A DNA stretch of 64,000 bases, from NCBI GenBank assembly GCA_044226015.1, contig JBGAHS010000001.1, positions 64,001 to 128,000 of the forward strand. Reading direction: 5' to 3'. This document shows, piece by piece, positions 38,649 to 49,313 of this stretch. The notes under the pieces were generated by a model. It saw nothing but the letters and a program-made list of their open reading frames with translations. It was not told the DNA's origin and made no database searches. This stretch comes from Candidatus Obscuribacteraceae bacterium. GTDB lineage: Bacteria; Cyanobacteriota; Vampirovibrionia; Obscuribacterales; Obscuribacteraceae. A program made the translations under genes and the position numbers. The number at the start of each line of letters is the position of its first letter. Positions within the stretch are counted from its first letter, which is position 1.

Positions 38649-40151
38649 TTGGAGCAATCCGTAAAAAGATGCTTGAGAATTTTGCACCGGGCGATCGATT
38701 TCGACTTTCACTCCACCAAGCTTGGAAAGCGGATCTCTGACAGTGCGGATTTCGGTCGTAGCTTCGTGCATGCCTCCTTAGAAAACCCGGTGAATGGACT
38801 TAGACAGGTCGCCAACCAAACTGGGCTTGTGAAGTTGCCAGAGTTTGATATCGTCAATGACGCAAAGCCGTCCATGGCGTCTTCAGCAGGTGATATCACT
38901 GGTGGTGTTGCCATGTACGCTCTGCTCTCTGCTGGAGGCAACCGTGTGATGGGGAACTTCGGTGGAGAAGGACTGCGCGGCACCGCAATCAGGGCTGGAA
39001 TTACGGGAGCCGTGTTTGATGGACTCTTGAAGCCAAGCGATGAGAATTCTAAGTCATTCGTGAAGGATAGAATTTCTAGTGCTATGGTTGGTGCATCTAC
39101 ATTCGCAGGAATGGCTGCCACTGCATATGGACTCGACAAGACCGGTTTCTTCGCTGTTCCGGAAGCGCGTTCGTTGGGCGGAAGCATCGGTTACGGAGCC
39201 CTCAGTGGTATAGGCGGCGGGCTGGCACACGCGCAGGCGAATGCCATGTTCAAAGACGGTCATCTATTCTCGAAACCGAATAATTACGTCAATGATTCTC
39301 TGTCTTTTGCGGCCTTTGGTGCTGCATTTTGTGCCCTGGGTTACGGAACAGAGAAGATTATGTCTTCCGTGAACAAACGGGTTATTGAACTGAAGTCAGA
39401 TGATGCAAGTGTGCGATATAAGCTAGATCGTAACGGCGAAGTGGCACAAGTAGAGACCATTGTTCCCTCGACAAATACCTATGGTGCTGATGTTAGAGTT
39501 GTGAATTCAAGAATGACTGATGGCAGCTGGTCGGGTAGGGCCTCGGCTCGTTTTGGAAAGGGAGAATCATTCTGGAGTGAGGCGGTGCCTTATCAGGTTT
39601 CTCAGGTCAATCGCTTGCCCAATGGAGAGATGCGTATTTTGGGCACTGATGGCGACATCCGAGCTTTCAATACAAAAGGCGAGTTCTCCAGGTATTCTGT
39701 CGGTCAGAGAGTTGTAGGAGAGAAGTTTGATTTTCAGAGCGGTGACGGCTCCAGATACGTTGCTGATATGTCGCAGGTGAGAAAATACGATGAGAGCGGC
39801 CGACTTGGCGAATTCAAAGATTGGAATACTAAATCTCTAAATTCTCTTGGGTATGACAATGAGGGTAACGTCTCCAACGTGCGCACATGGCGAGCCGGGG
39901 GCATGGCAGTCGAAATGCGAAAGGATGGAAATAGTTGGCGCGTCAGTTTGTCTACAGTCAATGCCGCTGATGAAAGCGGCATCGTTGGCTCGACCTACAA
40001 AGGCGACGACATGTTTAATTGGCGTGGGCAAGTTAAAGTTCTAGACAATGAAGCTCTTCAGTTTACCCCGGAGGGCGGCAAGGGAATGGTCTTCAAACCT
40101 GGCGAGCATACTGAATCTCTAGGGTCGATGCTCAGGTCACAGAAGAAATAA
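38649..40151 (+). CDS. Hypothetical protein: Gly/Ala-rich hydrophobic N-half, beta-rich C-half
   Basis: 500-aa ORF; start uncertain (TTG). Confidence 0.7.
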   Translation: MEQSVKRCLRILHRAIDFDFHSTKLGKRISDSADFGRSFVHASLENPVNGLRQVANQTGLVKLPEFDIVNDAKPSMASSAGDITGGVAMYALLSAGGNRVMGNFGGEGLRGTAIRAGITGAVFDGLLKPSDENSKSFVKDRISSAMVGASTFAGMAATAYGLDKTGFFAVPEARSLGGSIGYGALSGIGGGLAHAQANAMFKDGHLFSKPNNYVNDSLSFAAFGAAFCALGYGTEKIMSSVNKRVIELKSDDASVRYKLDRNGEVAQVETIVPSTNTYGADVRVVNSRMTDGSWSGRASARFGKGESFWSEAVPYQVSQVNRLPNGEMRILGTDGDIRAFNTKGEFSRYSVGQRVVGEKFDFQSGDGSRYVADMSQVRKYDESGRLGEFKDWNTKSLNSLGYDNEGNVSNVRTWRAGGMAVEMRKDGNSWRVSLSTVNAADESGIVGSTYKGDDMFNWRGQVKVLDNEALQFTPEGGKGMVFKPGEHTESLGSMLRSQKK

Positions 40152-40195
40152 TTTCATTTGAAGCTTGCCGCAGAATTTGGCATCAACAGAATCTG

Positions 40196-41587
40196 CTAGT
40201 TGAACCAGAAAGCATAGCCTGGAAATGAACCGCCGAAGTCTCGCATTAGTTCTCGCCAGGTGGCACCGCGAGACAATTGTCCATGCTCGAGGTAGGGAAC
40301 CGCTGCGGGGCCTTGCACCCATTCGACCAGGTCAAAGTCGCTGGCTTGCAAAAATACCTTGCGCACGTTGATGCCGAGACCTGCATCTTCTCCACGCCAG
40401 AAGGGAATTAGCTTCTCTCCTTTGAGCACCTTTTCGCTTTCATCCATGACACGGCCCCAAGAGCGCACCATTTCTTCGGTTACATGCATGTTAGGCAGCA
40501 CACCTGTTTGATTTGGATTTGGAAGCCATTCTCTATCGTCATCTGTTTCTGCCATGATGAACTTCCAGCTGACTCTGCTTTGAGCTACGACTTCTTCGAG
40601 GTCGTGCAATGCCGTTTCCATTCGTTTTTGATCTATGAGTTTCCAATTAATCAGGTGAACAAATGCAATCCAATCGACGATTTCATTGGTCTCCCTGCCA
40701 AAGTGATGCGCATGTTTTCCAGGGCGTTCCTGGGCTAGGAACTTATACGGCGAATCAACATTGTTAAATACAAGATGCGCTGTTGCATTGAATGTGTTGC
40801 TGCTGTCATACGCAAGGTAGAATTCTAAAAGCGATGAGAGAAGATGTGTATATCCTCGCAGCCAGTGTACGTCCCCGCGATCAAGATTTATGTAAAAAGC
40901 TCGTGCGCTATCTTCCGTCATCAAGCTGTTGTGCGAGATTTTTGCATAGAGTCGCCAGAGTGATTCTGGCTCGCTAACCTTGCCGTCGCCATTCAAGTCC
41001 AACTTTATCATTCCAAAGTGTATCGGGAGTTTTACGTCATCTGATTTTATTTGAGCCAGGGTCGTATCACAATCTCGGAAACTCTTTAACAATGCATTTG
41101 CAGTTTCTCGAAGCTTTTCGTAGCTCATTTTTTTCGGGTGCGGATTCTCGGCTATTCCAATTCGCAAAAAAGGAATTTCCTCGACGTGAGGCTTTTTCAC
41201 GCCGTATTCGTATAGAGTGCCAGCAAAATTACTGAGCCCGTGCAATAGTTGCGTCAGCCCTAAGCCAAACCGAGCCTGGTCGTCGTCTTTCGCTACTGCT
41301 AGTCTTGCTTTCAACGCTTGTTCGCCGCCGGCGAGATCACCGCTTTCCAAATATTTTTCGGCGAGCGGTGTGTCAGGTGCTTGCTCATTCTTTGTTGAAG
41401 ACTGCTTTTGTTTGCTTGCCGGACGCTCTTGCTGAGCTTTTCTTCCCGTCAATTCTGCGGCGGCTATCTTTTGATTCATTCTTCCGGTCGTCGCAGGGGT
41501 ACTTTCAGCTTGGCTGTTTGCAAGGACAGGCGATATGCTCAAGGTCGCCGCAACTAAAGCCACGCTAAAAGCCTTACTAAACCGCAT
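40196..41587 (-). CDS. Secreted hypothetical protein
   Basis: GGAGGA RBS; signal peptide ending PVLA; C-terminal FWFN. Confidence 0.8.
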   Translation of the reverse strand: MRFSKAFSVALVAATLSISPVLANSQAESTPATTGRMNQKIAAAELTGRKAQQERPASKQKQSSTKNEQAPDTPLAEKYLESGDLAGGEQALKARLAVAKDDDQARFGLGLTQLLHGLSNFAGTLYEYGVKKPHVEEIPFLRIGIAENPHPKKMSYEKLRETANALLKSFRDCDTTLAQIKSDDVKLPIHFGMIKLDLNGDGKVSEPESLWRLYAKISHNSLMTEDSARAFYINLDRGDVHWLRGYTHLLSSLLEFYLAYDSSNTFNATAHLVFNNVDSPYKFLAQERPGKHAHHFGRETNEIVDWIAFVHLINWKLIDQKRMETALHDLEEVVAQSRVSWKFIMAETDDDREWLPNPNQTGVLPNMHVTEEMVRSWGRVMDESEKVLKGEKLIPFWRGEDAGLGINVRKVFLQASDFDLVEWVQGPAAVPYLEHGQLSRGATWRELMRDFGGSFPGYAFWFN

Positions 41588-41752
41588 TATTCCTCCTGGT
41601 CAAAACTCGACCCTTAACTCTAATCGTTGATTCTACCTCTATCGCGCCGGGTTCTCTTTCCTCAACGAACACTTCTTCGACTGTCCGGTGCAAGCTCGGT
41701 CGCGCCTGAATATGTAGCTAAGTTTGATCTTTCTACTACCAGAATGTGATAA

Positions 41753-42385
41753 TTGACTCGTCAACCCGACTTTGTGAATTTCAGCTTCTATTTTGATATG
41801 TCCATCGAAAGCGTTGATTTTTCCTTATTGCCTCTTCGCGAGATGTTTGAACTGACTGCGACGAATTTTTCTGTCGCTGCTTTTCGTGTGGAATGTGAAA
41901 AATTCGCGCAGTTTGATGCGCAAAACTCTGATGAAGATCTCCTGCAGATGCAGATTAGCGATGGTATCTTCATGCAAGTTCCGCTCTCCTGCGGAATGCA
42001 CAGTAAGGGTTCGGAACTTCCATTGAAACTGTCCACGGTAAATGCTGGTATTACATCCGTGCTTTGGTGGGACTCTTATGCTGAAACTAACTCGCCGAGC
42101 TATTCGTTTGAGCACAATTTGTTCAATGGAAAATATAACGAGCTGTTAGTCAAAGCTAAGTCTGCTCTTGGCGACCCGTCGTTTGAAGGGCAAAATCAAG
42201 ATGCAATGGCACATAAGTTTGCTTTTTGGCGTGGAAAAAATGGACTGTTCGTTGTCCAGCAAAGCGCTTTTGATCTTCAGTTTGGTTACGACATAAATCT
42301 CTGGGTTCAACCATGGACTGGTCCAAATCCAGAGCCTGGCAAGCTGTTTATCGATGTTCTCACTGAGCGTCTTAGAGATTTGTGA
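41753..42385 (+). CDS. Hypothetical protein
   Basis: 210-aa ORF; start may be the ATG of MSIESV. Confidence 0.6.
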   Translation: MTRQPDFVNFSFYFDMSIESVDFSLLPLREMFELTATNFSVAAFRVECEKFAQFDAQNSDEDLLQMQISDGIFMQVPLSCGMHSKGSELPLKLSTVNAGITSVLWWDSYAETNSPSYSFEHNLFNGKYNELLVKAKSALGDPSFEGQNQDAMAHKFAFWRGKNGLFVVQQSAFDLQFGYDINLWVQPWTGPNPEPGKLFIDVLTERLRDL

Positions 42386-42532
42386 TGCTCAGTGTTTGTG
42401 ATGCGTTCAGTGTTTGTGATGCGTTCAGTGTTTGTGATGCGTTCAGAGATTTGTGATGCGTTCAGAGATTTGTGATGCGTTCAGAGATTTGTGATGCGTT
42501 CCAGAGATTTGTGACGCCTTCCAGTTGTTTGT
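42374..42532. repeat. Tandem 18-19-bp repeat, 8 full units + 1 partial
   Basis: AG(AGA/TG)TTTGTGATGCGTTC repeated without spacers; first unit contains the TGA stop of 41753..42385. Confidence 0.92.
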
Positions 42533-42542
42533 AATTGACTTA

Positions 42543-42953
42543 CTATGCTTTCTTCGGTTTCTTCTTCGTTGCATCGTTATGCGCAACTGCATTTCCAATC
42601 AACTTCTTGAAAGCTTTCTCTTTGAGCTTCTCACCTTCACGAATATCAATCGCTCTTCTTGTGTTGCCTTCCAGGCTTGAGTTAAATAGCCCATCAGGGT
42701 CTTCAAGCGCAGCTCCTTTTGCAAACGTCAATTTGACCACGGCTTTATAGCTTTCGCCTGTGCAAATAATTCCCGAATGCGACCATACTGGCACCTGCCA
42801 TTTCCATTCTTCGAGAATTTCTGGGTCAGCTTCCTTTATTAGTTTTCGAATTTGCGAGAGTGTTTCTCCGCGCCAATCATTCAGCTCTTCTATTCGTTTA
42901 TCTATCAGAGCCGATGCATCTTCTGGCACAGCTGGTCCGCTTACTTTTTTCAT
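42543..42953 (-). CDS. DUF1801 (YdhG-like) protein
   Basis: DWRGETLSQIRKLI...EEWKW..PVW...KLTFAKGA...FNSSLEGNTRRAID motifs. Confidence 0.88.
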   Translation of the reverse strand: MKKVSGPAVPEDASALIDKRIEELNDWRGETLSQIRKLIKEADPEILEEWKWQVPVWSHSGIICTGESYKAVVKLTFAKGAALEDPDGLFNSSLEGNTRRAIDIREGEKLKEKAFKKLIGNAVAHNDATKKKPKKA

Positions 42954-43027
42954 TTATTTTCTCTTGGGCAGAACACTGAGCTAACCGGAAAGAACAAATT
43001 ATCTCACATTAACTCACTTCCGCTGCA

Positions 43028-44446
43028 TCATGTTTGCAGCTGAGCTGCATGTTTTGACACAGGTGTTTTCTCGCTTGGGTTTTGGAATCGACCATAAGCA
43101 GCAAGAACTGTTTCGAGCATAGGCAACATTCTTGTGACTTGCCTGGTGCGAATGAGTAAGTCCCAAATTGGTTCGAACTTTTTCCATCCACCAGCATAAG
43201 ACAAGTGTCTTAGTTGTGCATGGAAATCATCTTTGCCCGCAGCACTTTTGAATAAATTTGCCCACGAATAGAATTCACGGTACGCCCTCCAATAGCCGGC
43301 TTCAAGCGCTTCTGCGCTGAGCTTCGCTGGCTTGTAGACTACATGTCTGGTGTCGTACAAGTCCCAATTGTTATGGACAATTCTGTTTTCTGCCATCATT
43401 CGATTGTGCAATTCAGTGCTCGGGTATGGCGTCATGATGTGGAAAGTCGCAGTTTCTATGCTGTTCTCGACAGCCCAGTTAACAGTGCGGCTGAATACAG
43501 TTTCGTCATCATTGTCCATGCCGAATACAAAGCTTCCATTTACCATGATGCCGCAGTCGTGAACTCGCTTGATTGCCTCGCCGTAATCGCGATTAAGATT
43601 CTGATATTTGTCGTGCTCTGTGAGATTGCCAGGATCAAGCGTTTCGAAACCAACAAAGACGCTGCGCATTCCAGCTTTTGCGGCTTTCTCCAGAAGCTTA
43701 GGTTTTAAGATTGCTTGTACAGTTGATGCGCCCTGGAAAACCTTGCCCATTCCGACCATGCCTTCAAACAGCGCAGTCGCGAAGCGCTCATTTCCAAGCA
43801 AATGGTCGTCTAGAAAATAGATATGCTTTCCGGGGAGTTTTTCGATTTCTGCAAGAGCGTCGTCTACCGCTTGTGTATAGAATGATCGCCCTCCGGCATA
43901 GAATGCTTCTTTGTAACAAAAATCGCACGTGTGTGGACAGCCTCGTGATACCACAATCGAATTCGGACAGAGATATCGTTCGCGTTTAATCAGGTCTCGG
44001 CGAATTGCTGGTTTGTCCTTTAGTGTGCGAACTGTTGAAATGTATCTCTTCTCTGGACGTTTCGCTCGAAAATCGGCAAGGAATTTTGGCCAGGCGTCTC
44101 CAGCTGGTCCGAGCATTATTGTGTCTGCGTGCTCTGCCGCTTCGTCGGGGAGTGACGTTACGTGCAAGCCACCCATCACGACATAGCAGCCCTTTTTCCG
44201 GTAATGGTCGGCAATTTTGTATGAGCGAAAAGCCGAGGTGATGTAAGCCTGAATCACAACGAGATCAGGCTCATCGTCCAGCGATAGCTCTTCCACATGC
44301 TCGTCCACAAGCTCAATCTCGTCTTCATCATTAAGATAAGCTGCTAAAGTAGCAAGTCCAAGAGGCGGGAAAAGAGAGTATTTTATTGGGCGAAAAAACG
44401 GACTTTTTGCTTCTGTCAGAGCGGACAGAATCATTTTAACTTTCAT
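43028..44446 (-). CDS. B12-binding domain radical SAM protein
   Basis: PPLGLATLAA, GGLHVT, SRGCPHTCDFC (CxxxCxxC) and TPYPST motifs. Confidence 0.93.
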   Translation of the reverse strand: MKVKMILSALTEAKSPFFRPIKYSLFPPLGLATLAAYLNDEDEIELVDEHVEELSLDDEPDLVVIQAYITSAFRSYKIADHYRKKGCYVVMGGLHVTSLPDEAAEHADTIMLGPAGDAWPKFLADFRAKRPEKRYISTVRTLKDKPAIRRDLIKRERYLCPNSIVVSRGCPHTCDFCYKEAFYAGGRSFYTQAVDDALAEIEKLPGKHIYFLDDHLLGNERFATALFEGMVGMGKVFQGASTVQAILKPKLLEKAAKAGMRSVFVGFETLDPGNLTEHDKYQNLNRDYGEAIKRVHDCGIMVNGSFVFGMDNDDETVFSRTVNWAVENSIETATFHIMTPYPSTELHNRMMAENRIVHNNWDLYDTRHVVYKPAKLSAEALEAGYWRAYREFYSWANLFKSAAGKDDFHAQLRHLSYAGGWKKFEPIWDLLIRTRQVTRMLPMLETVLAAYGRFQNPSEKTPVSKHAAQLQT

Positions 44447-44507
44447 GTGAGAACCTCATGGGTGTCATTTACATACCCAGGTCGCATGCGCAAGTTTTAC
44501 TGCAGAA

Positions 44508-45506
44508 TTAATTCGAGCTGTCGGGTTTGATATCGCGCCAGTTTTTTCCGGCATCTGCCAATTTACCTTTGGTGGTTTCAATCCAGTTGGACGTTATGCG
44601 ATATTCGAAGCTATCTTTCTCTTCGCAATTTAGCATAACCCACTCAAATTTCGCAAATGCCTTTTCATACTCATGTTTTGAAAACTCGTTCATCGCGGCG
44701 TAAGCGTAGGCCAGTACGCGATTTGTTTTGTTTTCGCTCGCGTTTTGTAACAGCTGATCAAAGCTGATTTTACCGTTTAAGTATTCAATGATTGGAACTG
44801 GAAATGTTCGGTCGTGAGCCTCGGCAAGCGCCTTCTTTAGCACTGCGTCAGCTTCATCATTTTGTCCCTGGCAGCGATGCGCTATGCTAGAAAAAATTGC
44901 GGCATACGCCCAGCGATAGTGGTGCCATTTTGTTCGATTTAGATATTCGTCGAATGATTTAGCAGCACCTTCGAAATCAGATATTATCAATTTTTCTTTG
45001 CCAGTGGAATAAGAAGCCACCGTAAGAGCATCACGTAGGTACTTCTTCATTGCTTGGGTTCCAGCAGCACCTAGATGGTCTGAAATCTTGCTTCCAGTGG
45101 GTACTGTCACAACAATTGTAGGAAAAGCTTCCACATTGAATTGATCTTCAAGTGATTGAATTCGCGATGCATTCTTGCCATTCTCCCGTTTCTTATCAAC
45201 CACTTTTATAGGAATGAATTCGTTATTGAGAAGTGCCACCACATCTTTAGACTGAAATGCAGTTTTGTTCATCTGAATGCAGGGGTCGCACCATTCAGCA
45301 GTGAAATCGTAAAAGAATAGTTTGTTTCCGTGTCGCTCAGTCTCCGTTATTTGCTCTGGAGTTCGCCATTGTATCTCTGCGCTGGCTACAGGAGGGTTTA
45401 TAGATTCGACGATAGTCATTCCACAGCGAAGTGCCACAAAAAGGAACGTGCTTATCAGCAGCCACATCGGTGTGGAGGTGGCTGAAACTGCGTCAATCTT
45501 CACCAT
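44508..45506 (-). CDS. Membrane-anchored thioredoxin-fold protein with TPR-like C-terminus
   Basis: DFTAEWCDPC, FPT cis-Pro motif, N-terminal TM, helical tail. Confidence 0.82.
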   Translation of the reverse strand: MVKIDAVSATSTPMWLLISTFLFVALRCGMTIVESINPPVASAEIQWRTPEQITETERHGNKLFFYDFTAEWCDPCIQMNKTAFQSKDVVALLNNEFIPIKVVDKKRENGKNASRIQSLEDQFNVEAFPTIVVTVPTGSKISDHLGAAGTQAMKKYLRDALTVASYSTGKEKLIISDFEGAAKSFDEYLNRTKWHHYRWAYAAIFSSIAHRCQGQNDEADAVLKKALAEAHDRTFPVPIIEYLNGKISFDQLLQNASENKTNRVLAYAYAAMNEFSKHEYEKAFAKFEWVMLNCEEKDSFEYRITSNWIETTKGKLADAGKNWRDIKPDSSN

Positions 45507-46272
45507 AGGAAAACTCCCTGCGATTCAGCAATACTGTTGCAAGAAACAGATACAACAGAAGATTGGAAAGATAGACAACAATGGGAAGGAAAGAGAATCG
45601 CGTACTATTGAACACCTCATAAATATCAATGCCGGGGTACACGAACTGCTGCAAGAAATTTGCAAGGAAAGAAATGCCCTTGAAAAAGTAATAAGCAACT
45701 GGAAGTGTTGCTTCGTAATTGCTCATTGAGAAATTCAAAGCCGGGCTTATAAGAGATGCGTAAACAAGAATAATGAAGACTGTTACGCCCAGGCGCATCG
45801 GAAACGAACGAATCACCACCATTAGCGCTGAGTAACTGAGCGCATTCAGGGCAAGGTTGGCCATGTTCCAGCCATCGGTTGGTGCAAGGGTGCTGCGCGA
45901 CTGCAGTGTCTGTGCAAAATTGAACACTAATATATCCATCAGCATGATTATGAAAACGCCAGCGGAGCCAGCGAGCCATTTGCTAATGATGTATTGCGAA
46001 CGTGCCAGCGGTCGCGAAAAAAGCAGAGAGAGATATTCTCCATCGTTCATTTGACGCGTGTTAGCTACGTTGTCTTGAATGAAGGTATAGCTGATGCCCA
46101 TAGCTAGAGTCGGACCACTGACTAAGGCGATCATTGCATCAGCTGTCTTACCATCTATCGCTATGGTGCTTATGAAGAGAGGCACTACCACAGCTAAAAA
46201 CAGCAGCCCTAAAATGGATGCCAGGTTGCTGAATTTTGCAATTAAAGTGAATAGGAAAACTGCTTGGCTCAT
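45493..46272 (-). CDS. ABC-2 type transporter permease
   Basis: About 6 TM helices; SRPLARSQYIISKW motif; follows the ABC ATPase. Confidence 0.82.
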   Translation of the reverse strand: MSQAVFLFTLIAKFSNLASILGLLFLAVVVPLFISTIAIDGKTADAMIALVSGPTLAMGISYTFIQDNVANTRQMNDGEYLSLLFSRPLARSQYIISKWLAGSAGVFIIMLMDILVFNFAQTLQSRSTLAPTDGWNMANLALNALSYSALMVVIRSFPMRLGVTVFIILVYASLISPALNFSMSNYEATLPVAYYFFKGISFLANFLQQFVYPGIDIYEVFNSTRFSFLPIVVYLSNLLLYLFLATVLLNRREFSYGED

Positions 46273-47222
46273 TTGCCATTTCCCTCATCTTTGTGCATGG
46301 AAATGAATATGTCTTCAAGTCCACGTTTTTCTTGAAACACTTCTTCCACCGCAACCTGGTTTTGCACAAGGGCTTGTACAAGTTTTACTTTATCGGTGTT
46401 CGATTGCAAGCGAAATCGAATTATTGGCTCAACTACATCTAAAAGGTCTGCACCGAGATTTTTCGCTACGGCTTCCAGAGTCTCTATGCTCGCCATCGGC
46501 TGCAGTTCGCTGCAGCGGACCACCACAATAAGTTGTGCTTCGGCAATAGAAGATAATCGCTCGATTTGCTGAATTTTTCCGCCTTTGATGAATGCGACAC
46601 GGTCACACACACGCTCTAGTTCATCAAGATGATGGGAATTCAAAACTATGGTGATTTTTTGTTTCTTCCATGAAAGAAGCATGTTGCGCAGAAGATTTGC
46701 GCCGAGTGGATCCATTCCAGAGCCTGGCTCATCAAGAAAACAAAGTCGTGGTTGACCAAGCAACATCTGTGCAAGTCCCAGACGTTGTAGCATGCCTCGG
46801 GAAAACTTTTTGATGCCACGATTCCATGCTGCTGGGTCGAGTTCTACTGTTCGTAATGCTGCTTCAATCTCTTCCTTAGCGAGATTATTTGGGCGCTTTG
46901 CGAGCATGTGGTGATAATGCATGAACTGTTTTGCGGTCATCCACGCATCGAAATTCGGGCGCTCAGGTAAAAATGCGCATTGCTGTTTGACCTTCAGATT
47001 ATCTGGCGGTTCGCCAAAAATGTGAATCGTACCCGAACTTGGTCGCAAGAGGGTTAGCATGCACCCCATAAGCGTCGTTTTTCCTGCACCGTTAGGTCCG
47101 ATAAGCCCAAAGACTTCACCTTCTGCAATCTCTAGATTGATGTCGTCAAGCGCCCTCACCCGCCCTCTTTGATAGGTTTTGCGAAGGTTTTCGATTTTTA
47201 TGCAGGGAAGAGAATCTGTCAT
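46269..47222 (-). CDS. ABC transporter ATP-binding protein
   Basis: GPNGAGKTT, FSRGMLQR, FLDEP and NSH motifs. Confidence 0.95.
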   Translation of the reverse strand: MTDSLPCIKIENLRKTYQRGRVRALDDINLEIAEGEVFGLIGPNGAGKTTLMGCMLTLLRPSSGTIHIFGEPPDNLKVKQQCAFLPERPNFDAWMTAKQFMHYHHMLAKRPNNLAKEEIEAALRTVELDPAAWNRGIKKFSRGMLQRLGLAQMLLGQPRLCFLDEPGSGMDPLGANLLRNMLLSWKKQKITIVLNSHHLDELERVCDRVAFIKGGKIQQIERLSSIAEAQLIVVVRCSELQPMASIETLEAVAKNLGADLLDVVEPIIRFRLQSNTDKVKLVQALVQNQVAVEEVFQEKRGLEDIFISMHKDEGNGK

Positions 47223-47334
47223 AGCATTCAGTTTAGCAAAGCTTTTGCTCGCATAACATCATTGTTCAAGAAACGATCCTTTGACGGCGATTACGCAGTG
47301 GCACCGTAGGCGATACCGTTCTTGTAATGTTATT

Positions 47335-48045
47335 TTATTTGTCGAACTTAATGGCGTATTCCATCAACTTTTCGCCGGCTGCTTTCCTGATTGGCCTAAT
47401 TTCTTTCGAGTTATATGCCGCACTAAACGCATCAAGCTCGGCTTGAGTCTCAGCAGGGTTTTTTACTGCCTTGCGTACATCTAGCTGTTTACCTAGAACC
47501 GATGTGAGCACTATAGGCTTGGTCGCAGTCATTTCGGCGCCGTTAGCCTTCATTGCGAGATTTAAATTGTTTTCTGTGCTGGTGCCGAGCGTCACTATGT
47601 TTTCGCGCCTGAGCGACCCCACAATTTGAGGTCCATTCATAACGTTTTCGCCGAGGTTACCATCTAATAGAGCTAGCTTGAATTTTCTGTTTCCTGCTAT
47701 CGTTATTTCTGCGCCTGAAGCTTCAACACCGGTTAACGGGTTGAGTTTTGAAATGTGTGTCACCCAAGTGACTCTGTGACCTGCTGCTTGCAATGAGTCT
47801 CGCATTGCCATGCCTGCGGAATGAGTGTCTTCGATGATCAGTACGCCCGGTTTCCGTTGAAGAAGGGCAATCGCTGCACCGGCGGCAACCGCAGCTACTA
47901 AACCCGTTCTAACAGGGTGCTCGTAAGCTTCTTTCCACAATGATGATAATGCGCTGTTGCTGCCATCATCATTATCATGAGAAATCAACTCTGATTTGCT
48001 CAAAGTTAATTTTGAATCTGCCGTTTCAGTATTTTTATTCGACAT
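47335..48045 (-). CDS. Hypothetical protein with degenerate receiver (REC)-like domain
   Basis: VLIIED...LALLDGNL...NGPQIV...TK pattern. Confidence 0.6.
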   Translation of the reverse strand: MSNKNTETADSKLTLSKSELISHDNDDGSNSALSSLWKEAYEHPVRTGLVAAVAAGAAIALLQRKPGVLIIEDTHSAGMAMRDSLQAAGHRVTWVTHISKLNPLTGVEASGAEITIAGNRKFKLALLDGNLGENVMNGPQIVGSLRRENIVTLGTSTENNLNLAMKANGAEMTATKPIVLTSVLGKQLDVRKAVKNPAETQAELDAFSAAYNSKEIRPIRKAAGEKLMEYAIKFDK

Positions 48046-48179
48046 CTCAAACCTGCCCTGCGAGTGTCTCGATTACAGCAGTGTACGCGCAGTCAGTGGC
48101 AGTGGAAGCTCGGTTATTACGTCTGCGTTTAGGGAAAACACGTATGAAGTCCGCTGAGAAATGCTTTATTAAATGGAAA

Positions 48180-48722
48180 TCATACTGTTGTCAGTTCTTC
48201 GCTGAAGAGCTTATCAACCTCATACCAGTCCTTTACCCTCCTATAACCGGTGATTTTGCGGTTGTGCGGAGCGTCAAAAAGAATTCCTGTTCCAGAGAAC
48301 TTGCGGAAGTGTCGTGGGTTATCGTCGATGAGATAGTCGGCTTTGATGATGCTTTTGTCGCCGCAAAAAACAAAATTCATCGGCGAAAGAAAAGGGAAGT
48401 GTTTCAGTAGCCATTTGTATTTGGCTTCGAATGAAAGTGGCACTTCCATTGCTGCTGTTGTGATGAAAATCTCGTGCTCAGCGCTTAACTTTTTTAGCAC
48501 GTCCTGCGAACCCGGCATAACATCAAGGTCTGCAAAAAAGTCATAGGTGTGGACCATTTTTGTCGCCTCATCCCAATGCTCTCTGGGAATGACGTGATGG
48601 AAGTGTTGCCCATTAAAATGGTCGTGACTGAGGGAGGCATTGAATTTCTGATTGTAGCGGTTGATGTGTTCGCTGAGTGCATCTGCGATGACTTCGTCCA
48701 TGTCAACAGCTATCCTGAACAT
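48180..48722 (-). CDS. 5'(3')-deoxyribonucleotidase (NT5C, HAD family)
   Basis: IAVDMDEVIAD, KYKWL..HFPF, DYLIDDNP and APHN motifs; ATG at 48722. Confidence 0.92.
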   Translation of the reverse strand: MFRIAVDMDEVIADALSEHINRYNQKFNASLSHDHFNGQHFHHVIPREHWDEATKMVHTYDFFADLDVMPGSQDVLKKLSAEHEIFITTAAMEVPLSFEAKYKWLLKHFPFLSPMNFVFCGDKSIIKADYLIDDNPRHFRKFSGTGILFDAPHNRKITGYRRVKDWYEVDKLFSEELTTV

Positions 48723-48888
48723 TTGAACCTCCAACAAGCGAGACTAACCAGGTCTAAACAGCATCTAGCATATACCGGAACATAGGCAAAGGTAAGTGTC
48801 ATTTATTGGTGACTTTGCCTTCGATAGGTGGGAGAATTAGGACAGATTCCGCCGCTTCTTTCTGATGCTATGCCGCGAGGGAAATTTT

Positions 48889-49275
48889 ATGGAGTTTTTG
48901 ATTCGCGCTGGGGTGTTCGCATTTGGCTTATTTGTGCTCTTCGTCGTCATGTGCGTTAGCTGCACAAGTATTCCGCAAGGCGAAAAAACGCAGTCCTTTT
49001 CCGAAGTCGTACAACAGTTGAATCGCTTGAACTCCGTTACACACAATACCAACCCCAATACCGTTCAAGCGGACAAATCAGCAAATCCGATTAATTCTGA
49101 AAATGCAAATGGTGCTAGCGTGAGATCCAATTCTAGTGGCTCCAGCTCAAGTACCAATTCTAGTGGCTCCAGCTCAAGTACCAATTCCGGTGGCTCCATT
49201 AACACATCTATTTCGCCGCTTGATTCGAAAACTGCTGGCACCGCTGATGGTGGCACCGGCTCGGCTCGTAAATAG
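48889..49275 (+). CDS. Putative lipoprotein, Ser-rich, with 24-bp internal repeat
   Basis: Hydrophobic leader ending VSC; SSGSSSSTN x2. Confidence 0.55.
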   Translation: MEFLIRAGVFAFGLFVLFVVMCVSCTSIPQGEKTQSFSEVVQQLNRLNSVTHNTNPNTVQADKSANPINSENANGASVRSNSSGSSSSTNSSGSSSSTNSGGSINTSISPLDSKTAGTADGGTGSARK

Positions 49276-49313
49276 GACTAAAGGTCCTCAGTTGGGACTT
49301 CATCAGATCTCAA

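Noticed and set aside
42374..42532. Possible CRISPR array
   Set aside because: Units are contiguous 18-19-bp repeats with no unique spacers, and no cas genes are present
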